From contig NC_018655.1 in NCBI RefSeq assembly GCF_000299365.1, positions 900,001 to 932,000 on the forward strand: DNA of 32,000 nt, in the 5' to 3' direction. Positions 17,264 to 24,375 of this stretch are shown here, piece by piece. Both the position numbers and the translations under genes were made by a program. The stretch's first letter is position 1, and each line of letters starts with the position of its first letter. Source of the DNA: Candidatus Nitrosopumilus koreensis AR1 (GTDB taxonomy: Archaea; Thermoproteota; Nitrososphaeria; Nitrososphaerales; Nitrosopumilaceae). Below the pieces are notes generated by a model. The model worked only from the letters and a program-made list of their open reading frames with translations, did no database searches and was not told the DNA's origin.

Positions 17264-18724
17264 ATGAAGATACAAGACACGTTATCAAATACAGAACAAG
17301 AACTAGACATTTCAAAAAAGGTCAAAATCTATCTGTGTGGCATAACAGTTTATGATGAATCACACATAGGCCATGCAAGAACAATCATAGTTTTTGATGT
17401 TCTTAGGAAATACCTAGAAGACAAAGGGATAGAGATTGAATTTATACAAAATTTTACAGATGTGGATGACAAAATAATCAATCGAGCCCAAGTAGAAAAC
17501 ACAACTGCAGAGGCAATAAGTACAAAATACATTGAGAATTATTTCAAAGATTTTGATGGATTAAACGTAAAACATGCAACAAACTATCCAAAGGCAACAG
17601 AACACATTGATGACATTATCAAGTTTATTGAAAAATTAATTGAAAAACAAATTGCATACGTTTCAAAGAACGGAGTATACTTTTCAGTATCAAAGTTTCC
17701 AGAATACGGGAAATTGTCAAAAAAGAAGATTGATGAACTAGAATCAGGTGCAAGAATCGAGGTTGATGAAGCAAAAAACAACCCATTAGATTTTGCAGTA
17801 TGGAAATTCTCAAATACCAAACCAGTTTGGGATAGTCCCTGGGGGAAAGGTAGGCCTGGATGGCATATTGAATGCTCTGCAATGAGTGTAAAGTATCTTG
17901 GAGAAAATTTTGACATTCATGGAGGAGGAAGAGACCTGATATTCCCTCACCATGAAAACGAGATTGCACAATCTGAATCATGTACAGGTTCACAATTTGC
18001 AAAAATTTGGATGCATGTAGGAATGGTCACAATAGATGGAGACAAGATGTCAAAATCCATAGGAAACATAAAGTCAATTAAACATGTTTTAGAGAATTGG
18101 GGACCAAACATCATCAGATTGTTTTGTTTATCAGGACATTACTCAAAACCAATTGATTACTCTGAAGAATTACTAAAAGAAAATCTCATCAAATGGAGAC
18201 AAGCTGAAACATGTTATTATGAATTGATTCATGCAAACAGTAAGAATAGTGAAAAGATAGATTCAACAATTAAGAAACTAGGCTTAGAATTTGACAAGGC
18301 ATTAGAAGATGATTTTAACACTCACCTAGCATTATCGGCATTTTTCCAACTAGTCAAAGAGACAAACAGATTGGCAGCTGAAGAAAAACTAGGAAAGGAA
18401 GATGCACGAAAAATCAAACCAGAGTTTCAAAGAATGCTGAAAATTCTTGGATTAAACATACCAGAGATAACTGAAGAAACAAAACAAGAAATTGACAACA
18501 TGATTGAAGATAGAGAAAAATTCAGACAAGAAAAGCAATTTCAAAAAGCAGATCAAATTAGAGACAGGCTAAATGAGATGGATGTTGAGTTAATTGATCA
18601 TAAAGGAAAAACAATCTGGATGAAAAAGAAAACATCAAATCTGAAAACAAAAAAGAGAAGAATTAAGGATCAACCATTGCTAATTTATCCTCAATTCGAT
18701 CATAGTATCCGTTTTGGTCCATAG
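17264..18724 (+). CDS. cysS: Cysteinyl-tRNA synthetase, with a ~30-aa basic C-terminal tail
   Basis: 486 aa with a HIGH motif (HIGHAR), a KMSKS motif, and GWHIECS zinc/cysteine-site residues. It starts 2 nt after the nadE stop. Its last 62 nt overlap the convergent ORF 18663..18977. Confidence 0.95.
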   Translation: MKIQDTLSNTEQELDISKKVKIYLCGITVYDESHIGHARTIIVFDVLRKYLEDKGIEIEFIQNFTDVDDKIINRAQVENTTAEAISTKYIENYFKDFDGLNVKHATNYPKATEHIDDIIKFIEKLIEKQIAYVSKNGVYFSVSKFPEYGKLSKKKIDELESGARIEVDEAKNNPLDFAVWKFSNTKPVWDSPWGKGRPGWHIECSAMSVKYLGENFDIHGGGRDLIFPHHENEIAQSESCTGSQFAKIWMHVGMVTIDGDKMSKSIGNIKSIKHVLENWGPNIIRLFCLSGHYSKPIDYSEELLKENLIKWRQAETCYYELIHANSKNSEKIDSTIKKLGLEFDKALEDDFNTHLALSAFFQLVKETNRLAAEEKLGKEDARKIKPEFQRMLKILGLNIPEITEETKQEIDNMIEDREKFRQEKQFQKADQIRDRLNEMDVELIDHKGKTIWMKKKTSNLKTKKRRIKDQPLLIYPQFDHSIRFGP

Positions 18725-18977
18725 CAGGAACATAAAATGTTGCAGAAATTACATCTCCAACACCTGCATCACAATCTGTTACAACAACAGAATGACCCAA
18801 AACAGACTCTCCAACACAGCCAAAATCAGTAACAGCGATGACTGACACATCCTCAGTAACTAGTGTTGGAACAATATTCCAAGGAGTGAGTGTGAAAACT
18901 AGTATTACTGAAGTTGCTGCAGCCAAAATTAGCATGAATTTTAGCCGTGGTGTTTTTTCGTGAGTTGTTTGTTGCAT
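18663..18977 (-). CDS. Small membrane-anchored or secreted protein (104 aa), function unknown
   Basis: An N-terminal basic stretch is followed by a hydrophobic helix (PRLKFMLILAAATSVILVFTL). A GAGGAG Shine-Dalgarno-like element lies just upstream of the ATG. A TTATATTT TATA-like box sits at 19006-19013 and a TTGGCACTAGA box at 19033-19043. Confidence 0.5.
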   Translation of the reverse strand: MQQTTHEKTPRLKFMLILAAATSVILVFTLTPWNIVPTLVTEDVSVIAVTDFGCVGESVLGHSVVVTDCDAGVGDVISATFYVPAMDQNGYYDRIEDKLAMVDP

Positions 18978-19048
18978 ATCTCCTCACTCTAGTTTAGAGT
19001 TTACAAAATATAAGCAAGAGGTAATTTTTTCATCTAGTGCCAACTAAT

Positions 19049-19055
19049 AAAAAAA
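19049..19055 (-). terminator. Oligo-T tract (T7 on the minus strand) immediately after the glycosylase stop codon
   Basis: A7 on the plus strand directly abuts the TAA at 19056-19058. Archaeal RNA polymerase terminates at oligo-T tracts (established knowledge). Confidence 0.35.
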
Positions 19056-19385
19056 TTAGATTTTACAATGGCATTTTTTTTGTTTTAAGATTCGGATTTG
19101 TTTGTTGAGAGAATCAACAAACGTATCTTGTACAGATAGTCCCGTAGCTTTTCTTTTATCAAGAGGACTATGATGCAAATATCCACGGTGAATCATCTCA
19201 GCGACTAAAGCATTATGCCTGAAATAAAGAGCTTTTAATTTTCCCTTCCAACGAATTGTTTCAGGATGCATCGAATATCCTTTTTTGTGTTCAGTTACCA
19301 CTGTCCATATTGCATGTAGTTCTCGGTGTTCACCTAACAAATGATTTTTACACAGTTTTTCTGGAGTGATGTCCCAAATTCTCAT
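19056..19385 (-). CDS. Pyrimidine-dimer DNA glycosylase-like protein (T4 endonuclease V / Pyr_excise family, short form)
   Basis: 109 aa. MRIWDITPEKLCKNHLLGEHRELHAIW aligns with T4 endoV LADQHLMAEYRELPRVF, including the catalytic Glu position. The downstream blocks GYSMHPETIRW and EMIHRGY match what I recall of the bacterial/archaeal members. Confidence 0.6.
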   Translation of the reverse strand: MRIWDITPEKLCKNHLLGEHRELHAIWTVVTEHKKGYSMHPETIRWKGKLKALYFRHNALVAEMIHRGYLHHSPLDKRKATGLSVQDTFVDSLNKQIRILKQKKCHCKI

Positions 19386-19614
19386 TTTATCAACTCGCTA
19401 AATGATACTTGTTTACAAACAACAACTTGACCATATCCCATAATGGAAAAATAATTTTTGGCATATTTAATAAAAAACAAAATCCAAAACTAGTGATAAA
19501 AAATAAAAAAGCTTTAGCTAATTTTGAAAAATTTACGCATAAAAAATTAGTTCAGTCTAATTAGTTTCATCTAATTTTCGAGTCGTTTAATAGAATCAGA
19601 AACTAAATTAGTCT

Positions 19615-19899
19615 ATGAATGCATGGAGTAAGTTTTGGAAATGGTATGAAGATAAAATTCTTGGAAGCATAATCATAATTGCAATTATTCAATTTATTCA
19701 AATCCCACATATGGTATGGAATGCAGATATTATGTTAGAAGCGGGTTTTGTCTCAAGAGTGCACCCCGTAATTGATTGGTTTTTGTACGGAGTAGATTTG
19801 ATTGAGATAATATCAATTGTCAATGTTGGCATGATCATGTTTAGCCTAATTAAAAAAAGACAGGCATCAAAAAAACGTGTAGAATTAAATCAAGTATAA
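19615..19899 (+). CDS. Small integral membrane protein (94 aa, two predicted TM helices), function unknown
   Basis: Hydrophobic segments are ILGSIIIIAIIQFIQI and LIEIISIVNVGMIMFSLI, with a basic C-terminal tail. A TTTAATAGA TATA-like box lies ~29 nt before the ATG. Confidence 0.5.
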   Translation: MNAWSKFWKWYEDKILGSIIIIAIIQFIQIPHMVWNADIMLEAGFVSRVHPVIDWFLYGVDLIEIISIVNVGMIMFSLIKKRQASKKRVELNQV

Positions 19900-19900
19900 A

Positions 19901-20728
19901 CTATTTTTCCTTACCTTGCCAGATGACTCTTTGTGGGAATGGTATCTCTATTCCAGCCTTATCTAGAGCAAGCTTGGCATGTTTGAGCAAAATAGGTTGT
20001 ACTTCACTCCAATCCTCACGTGGATGCCACACCAAAATGGTGATATTCACACTAGAATCAGCTAATGCTTCAATTCGGAACTCAGGTTTGGGAACTTGTA
20101 ATACAAAGGGCATGAAATCTCGAATTTCGTTTTCAATTTCACGAATTGCATGTTCTATTTTTTCGGAATATGCAATTCCAACAGTTACCTCTGCACGTCT
20201 CACAAGCGAGGAAGTCAATGTACGAATGTTGGATGTGAAAAATTTTTCGTTCGGAATTCGCATTAGAGTTCCATCAAATTTCCTCACCCGACTAGAAAAA
20301 GTAGAAATATCAACCAAAGTTCCAGAAATCCCCATATCAGGCAATTCAATAGTATCACCTTGTTTGGCAGGTTTTTCCATCAGTAAAAATATTCCAGATA
20401 TCAAGTTTGAAACCACCGATTGTGTTGCAAATCCTATAACAACTGCAAAAATTCCACCTGCAACCAATAGTCCAGATAAATCAAGTCCTGTAGAGGAGGT
20501 AAAAATCAAAAATGAGAGGATGATTATTCCATAGTAAATTAATTTACCAATATTTTTTGCAGAATCTTGAGTAAGAGATGAAGCATAATATTTGTTAAAC
20601 AAAAGACGAATGGTTCGAGCAACAATGAAACCAACTGCCATAATAATACCTCCAACAAATAATGAAAGAATTGTCAACCCACCAATAAGTTCCATTTCAG
20701 ATAGGCTATCAAAAAATTCCAAAACCAT
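19901..20728 (-). CDS. Small-conductance mechanosensitive channel (MscS family)
   Basis: 275 aa with three N-terminal TM helices, then the MscS beta-domain signature GDTIELPDMGISGTLVDISTFSSRVRKFDGTLMRIPNEKF. Its ATG overlaps the stop of the upstream ORF as TAATG (20726-20730). Confidence 0.85.
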   Translation of the reverse strand: MVLEFFDSLSEMELIGGLTILSLFVGGIIMAVGFIVARTIRLLFNKYYASSLTQDSAKNIGKLIYYGIIILSFLIFTSSTGLDLSGLLVAGGIFAVVIGFATQSVVSNLISGIFLLMEKPAKQGDTIELPDMGISGTLVDISTFSSRVRKFDGTLMRIPNEKFFTSNIRTLTSSLVRRAEVTVGIAYSEKIEHAIREIENEIRDFMPFVLQVPKPEFRIEALADSSVNITILVWHPREDWSEVQPILLKHAKLALDKAGIEIPFPQRVIWQGKEK

Positions 20729-21327
20729 TAGTCTAGTCCCATCTCCATATGTGTTTTAGTAGTTGTAAATTCCCAAGTGGGGGATTGAGTCCACGTAGTT
20801 TCAATCTGTTCTTTATTGACACCAATTATATCAGTACGTCCTCGTTTTTTCAAAACTGCAACCAAACCATCAAAAATTGCTTGCCTTTCATCATAATAAA
20901 TAGAATTATCGGTAATTGGAAAAATAATTTTTCCAAGAGAGTGACTCATACCTAATTCATTTTTTATCAAAATTTTCATTATGCCATTTACATAAGGGGT
21001 TGAATCTTCATGAGAGTCAACAATTTGGGTGTTAAAGTATTTACACAAGATTCCAGTGTCAGGAGATCCATACAACCCAAAACGAGAGTTAGTAGGATTA
21101 CAAGTAAACCAATCAAGGGAGTCTTTTTGATGATCAGTGATAATGAAAAGGCCAATTTCTATAGGACATTGAACAAAGACAGTGGCAGCAGAGTTTTCAG
21201 GAAGGAAAATATCCTTATCAAACTGCAAAAATACGTGTCTAGTTCTTCTTGCAGGATGGTTTAGAGGCCTTATTGGAGATATCTCAATTTTCAAAGTTTT
21301 TGAGGTTACAGGGATAATTTTTTTCAA
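20728..21327 (-). CDS. Conserved-looking archaeal hypothetical protein, C-terminal 199-aa reading frame (possibly DUF432-like; low confidence on family)
   Basis: The ORF starts at a TTG and is translationally coupled to mscS. It overlaps ORF 21284..21484 in the +1 relation at an A7 tract (see findings). Confidence 0.55.
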   Translation of the reverse strand: MKKIIPVTSKTLKIEISPIRPLNHPARRTRHVFLQFDKDIFLPENSAATVFVQCPIEIGLFIITDHQKDSLDWFTCNPTNSRFGLYGSPDTGILCKYFNTQIVDSHEDSTPYVNGIMKILIKNELGMSHSLGKIIFPITDNSIYYDERQAIFDGLVAVLKKRGRTDIIGVNKEQIETTWTQSPTWEFTTTKTHMEMGLD

Positions 21328-21484
21328 TATGTTTTCCTTCAGAGTTTACTCGGTCATAAGAGAATACCTTTGGGGAAACTTTTTCAAACTTTATTTCAGT
21401 GTCAGGAAAGATCAAAGATAAACTATCAGATATTTCATAAATACCATATTTTGAAAATCCGTCAGTATTTTGAATTTCAGTCAT
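21284..21484 (-). CDS. 66-aa ORF, a candidate N-terminal part of the 20728..21327 protein separated by a frameshift
   Basis: ATG start with coding-like composition. The frame ends 44 nt inside the downstream ORF. The two frames would join if one A of the A7 run (21318-21324) were removed. Confidence 0.35.
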   Translation of the reverse strand: MTEIQNTDGFSKYGIYEISDSLSLIFPDTEIKFEKVSPKVFSYDRVNSEGKHIEKNYPCNLKNFEN

Positions 21485-21562
21485 CTTTTCATTTTTTTAT
21501 GTCAAATCCAGAATTTATGCTCTCTTATTTAGATAGATCAGAGAATAATCTTCAAAATATTT

Positions 21563-21570
21563 AAAAAAAA
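21563..21570 (-). terminator. Oligo-T tract (T8 on the minus strand) 15 nt after the stop of the 297-aa secreted-protein gene
   Basis: A8 on the plus strand at 21563-21570, with the stop TGA at 21586-21588. Confidence 0.35.
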
Positions 21571-21585
21571 GTAGAAAGTGATAAC

Positions 21586-22479
21586 TCACTCTAGATTTAG
21601 AGGAATATTTGCAGTGCCAAAGTTTTCATTAATTCTAAACACATATTCTTTTGAAGAATCATATTCAAACTCGGTTCCTCCATATCCAATGTTTGGCCCA
21701 AAGAGAATGTTAAATTCTCTTGCATCACCAGGATTCAGTACAATTTGCCCGCTGGTAAAGTCCATACCAGAATATTTGAATGCCTTTGAACCATCCCATA
21801 CATCATATGCACATATTTGAGGACTAGTGCAATTTAGAGCAGCGATTTCAGAACTTGTGTTTTCAGCAAGCATGCGAATTGACAACAAAGGTTGTCCAGT
21901 AGAAGTAATCTCAAATTCATTTCCATTAGAACCAATTCCAGTCCAATAATATGTGATTGGTCCTAAATCAAATTTTTGAGCATTGGATGTGTATTCATAT
22001 ATTTTGATAGCTTGTTTGAGAGGTTTTTCGCAATCTAGTCTTTTGTAGGCTTTGGCAATTTCAGCACATTTTTCAAGTTCAGCTTCTAGTGCGGCTAATT
22101 TTGAATCAACGTTTTTTGGTTCTTCAGATACTATTTGTGAGGATTCAGATGGTACTGAAATCAATCCAAATGCAATCAAATGTTGGATGCCATTAACAAA
22201 CTCACCATCAGATATGACCCCATCTGCCCACCAGCCTGCATTGTTCTTAACCCAGTCCGGTACACCTTCTGCAGATTCAGAAGACACTGCAGTAGCAGGA
22301 ACGGTAATTATTCCCTCAGAAATTAAAAATGAGATTCCCGTAAGAAATTCAGATTCAGATATGACCCCATCTGCCCACCAGCCTGCATTGTTCTTAACCC
22401 AGTCCGGTACCTCAGCATACGCATAGGTAGTCGTTGCAATCAGCATAATTGCAGTTAGTGCAGTTATCGTGGTTTTCAT
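21586..22479 (-). CDS. Secreted protein (297 aa) with a signal peptide, two N-terminal WVKNNAGWW modules, a coiled linker and a Cys-containing C-terminal domain of unknown function
   Basis: Signal peptide MKTTITALTAIMLIATTTYAYA|EV. VPDWVKNNAGWWADGVIS(E/D).EF..GI..LI..G(I/L)I.VP occurs twice, 49 residues apart. TATA TTATATAC (22501-22508, minus strand) lies 29 nt before the ATG. Confidence 0.75.
   Translation of the reverse strand: MKTTITALTAIMLIATTTYAYAEVPDWVKNNAGWWADGVISESEFLTGISFLISEGIITVPATAVSSESAEGVPDWVKNNAGWWADGVISDGEFVNGIQHLIAFGLISVPSESSQIVSEEPKNVDSKLAALEAELEKCAEIAKAYKRLDCEKPLKQAIKIYEYTSNAQKFDLGPITYYWTGIGSNGNEFEITSTGQPLLSIRMLAENTSSEIAALNCTSPQICAYDVWDGSKAFKYSGMDFTSGQIVLNPGDAREFNILFGPNIGYGGTEFEYDSSKEYVFRINENFGTANIPLNLE
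22208..22263. repeat. 56-bp perfect direct repeat, copy A (partner 22355..22410)
   Basis: TCAGATATGACCCCATCTGCCCACCAGCCTGCATTGTTCTTAACCCAGTCCGGTAC is identical in both copies with a 147-bp (49-codon) offset. It encodes VPDWVKNNAGWWADGVIS on the minus strand. Confidence 0.9.
22355..22410. repeat. 56-bp perfect direct repeat, copy B (partner 22208..22263)
   Basis: Compared base by base with copy A. The flanking bases differ on both sides. Confidence 0.9.
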
Positions 22480-22508
22480 TAACGTAAATTTGCTTTCATT
22501 GTATATAA

Positions 22509-22519
22509 GCTAGTGGCAA
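22509..22519 (-). promoter_or_regulatory. TTRNCACTAG box (TTGCCACTAGC on the minus strand), proximal copy abutting the TATA box of gene 21586..22479
   Basis: It lies directly adjacent to TTATATAC (22501-22508). Start-to-start spacing from the 22528-22538 box is 19 nt. Confidence 0.45.
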
Positions 22520-22527
22520 ATAATTTT

Positions 22528-22538
22528 TCTAGTGCTAA
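22528..22538 (-). promoter_or_regulatory. TTRNCACTAG box (TTAGCACTAGA on the minus strand), distal copy
   Basis: It lies 19 nt upstream of the TATA box at 22501-22508. The 11-mer is identical to the boxes at 29213 and 30172. Confidence 0.5.
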
Positions 22539-22561
22539 ATTATGAAAGTTAAGACATTAAG

Positions 22562-22572
22562 ACTAGTGGCAA
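22562..22572 (-). promoter_or_regulatory. TTRNCACTAG box (TTGCCACTAGT on the minus strand), third copy in the 22480-22623 spacer
   Basis: It lies 34 nt upstream of the 22528 box. Its palindromic ACTAGT core is 21 nt upstream of the TTTAAATT TATA-like box (22594-22601) of the divergent DUF1722 gene. Confidence 0.4.
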
Positions 22573-22623
22573 TTATGTTTCAGGTTGTTCTTCTTTAAAT
22601 TCAAACAAAATCGATTTTTTTAG

Positions 22624-23163
22624 ATGACTAAAAAAAATATTGCAAGCACATCAAGATTATCTGAGCAAGAAATCACAGAATACATCCTAGATAGATTCAA
22701 AGACGTAAAACAAGGAAAAATCAAAGACCTCGTTTCATTTCAAGCCATGAACAAATACATGATTATGGCACACAGTCAAATCGAATTAAAAATTTTGGGA
22801 AATATTGTGGCCAGTTATAAGAAAACATCATTATCAGATATAATGTCAGAATATGAAAAGCACCTAAAAATTGCTTTAGAAAAACAACCAACTACTAAAT
22901 CACATTATAATGTAATAATGCATATTTTTGGACATTTTTCAAAAAACTTTAGCCAAACAGAAAAAGAGCAATTTTTTAAATTGTTTTACAGATTTAGAGA
23001 GGGAGAAATAACCATAGGTGAAATTTTGTCTGAGATAAATCAAATTATTTTTCGATTCAACAACACATATCTTGCAAACCAAACATATTTTCTCCTATAT
23101 TCAGATCAACAGACAAGAAATTTGTTTCACATATTATCACAAATGAATCTAGAAAAAATCTGA
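22624..23163 (+). CDS. DUF1722 (YbgA-family) domain protein
   Basis: 179 aa. NKYMIMAHSQIELKILGNIVA ... SHYNVIMHIFGHFSKNFSQTEKEQFFKLFYRFREGEITIGEIL ... YLANQTYF follows the DUF1722 pattern as I recall it (HK.LLMAHS...LG.LVA ... H.NVL.H..GYFK..L...EK.EL...I..YR.G ... YL..Q.YL). Confidence 0.6.
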   Translation: MTKKNIASTSRLSEQEITEYILDRFKDVKQGKIKDLVSFQAMNKYMIMAHSQIELKILGNIVASYKKTSLSDIMSEYEKHLKIALEKQPTTKSHYNVIMHIFGHFSKNFSQTEKEQFFKLFYRFREGEITIGEILSEINQIIFRFNNTYLANQTYFLLYSDQQTRNLFHILSQMNLEKI

Positions 23164-24306
23164 AAGTGGTTTTTGCCGCATTAATTTTGATATATTTCCA
23201 TGAGATAGCCATTCAGATTTACTAATACTCATTTTTTCTGAGGCTAAAATCAAAGCATGTTCAAAATCATTTGCAGTAACAGGAGTTTGTTTCATCGCTT
23301 CTCGAATACCCTCCCTTACCTGCCAAACACCTACAGGAATAGCATATTCAGGCCGAATTTCTCTTAAAATGACCACACCAGATTGAATTCCATTCTCATG
23401 AAGATACTCCAGAACTCCTAATTTTGCAGCAAAATAGGCTCCTGCGATAGCAGGAGGATGATCAATTCCCCTAGCATCTTCATAGTCAGAACCAAACCCG
23501 AGAATTCCATTAGAATACCAAGCTTCAATCATTTCATAGATCCACCTATGAGGAAATAAAACAACAGAGAAATGATTTCCAAGATGAGTATAAGAAAAAA
23601 CCTTACAAGAATCAATTAATCCATAATCCAAAACTTCATCAGCAAGAGATTTTGAAATGATGTCATCAGTGGCAGTTATACTCCATTTGGTTGGAACCAG
23701 TTTTCGTTTTTGTCCAAGCATTCCAATGCTAAAACATTTTTGAATCTTTGAAATGTCAATTCCAGAATTATACAAATTCAAAACTGCATCTTGTGCATTC
23801 AAGTCTTTATCATAAAATGTCTTTTCAATTGATCTTACAGAAGTAGTTCCAGAAAATTTTGCAGATTTTATTTCACCAATAGGTCCAAAAGGAGCACTTT
23901 CACCATCTAGAGAGATGTTAGAAGATACAGATTTTTGGAAAATTAGATCAGAGCCAGTAGGTTTTGAAGACATTGTAACTTCTTGAAGACTTTCAATGTA
24001 ACGTCCATCAGTTTTATCAATAGACATTTTTTGTGTTCCACGAACTAAATTCAATCTAAAGTTTACAATTTCTTCTAAAGATTTTCCTATCCATTTTTCA
24101 GGATTGTCAAGAAGGCTTGTATCACCATGGATTGGAGGAACCATCGGACCAACAAAGACTTTGGGATAATTGTATGATCCTACAAATACAGAAGGGGGAC
24201 TAGTTCCACTAATAGAATCAGAGGAAAATAAGTTGCCATATTTTGATAATGATTCATGCCACTTTGCCAAGATAGAACGACGAATATCCTGAGAATTAGA
24301 AGACAT
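23149..24306 (-). CDS. Nre-family archaeal DNA-repair-associated protein (DUF650/DUF651, NreA-like)
   Basis: 385 aa. The blocks SPPSVFVGSYNYPKVFVGPMVPP, LVPTKWSITATDD and AIPVGVWQVREGIREA match the conserved Nre N- and C-terminal regions as I remember them. The 3' end overlaps the convergent DUF1722 gene by 15 nt. Confidence 0.55.
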   Translation of the reverse strand: MSSNSQDIRRSILAKWHESLSKYGNLFSSDSISGTSPPSVFVGSYNYPKVFVGPMVPPIHGDTSLLDNPEKWIGKSLEEIVNFRLNLVRGTQKMSIDKTDGRYIESLQEVTMSSKPTGSDLIFQKSVSSNISLDGESAPFGPIGEIKSAKFSGTTSVRSIEKTFYDKDLNAQDAVLNLYNSGIDISKIQKCFSIGMLGQKRKLVPTKWSITATDDIISKSLADEVLDYGLIDSCKVFSYTHLGNHFSVVLFPHRWIYEMIEAWYSNGILGFGSDYEDARGIDHPPAIAGAYFAAKLGVLEYLHENGIQSGVVILREIRPEYAIPVGVWQVREGIREAMKQTPVTANDFEHALILASEKMSISKSEWLSHGNISKLMRQKPLSDFF

Positions 24307-24375
24307 TGAAATTGGTGCTCAATCTGTGCCTAATAACTTGACTAATGATGTTAGTTGACGGAAGGTTAACACCGT

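Noticed and set aside
20046-20056. TTCACACTAGA, a near match to the box inside the mscS coding region (antisense orientation).
   Set aside because: The third position is C, not a purine. The site is in coding DNA with no TATA box at the characteristic spacing. One such near hit is about what chance would give.
19923-20534. 203-aa plus-strand ORF.
   Set aside because: It lies entirely antisense to the well-supported MscS channel gene. It has low-complexity composition and no recognisable motifs.
22052-22426. 124-aa plus-strand ORF with an internal repeat (DMTPSAHQPALFLTQSGT twice).
   Set aside because: It is the antisense reading of the duplicated WVKNNAGWW modules of the secreted-protein gene. 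The repeat is explained by the 56-bp DNA duplication.
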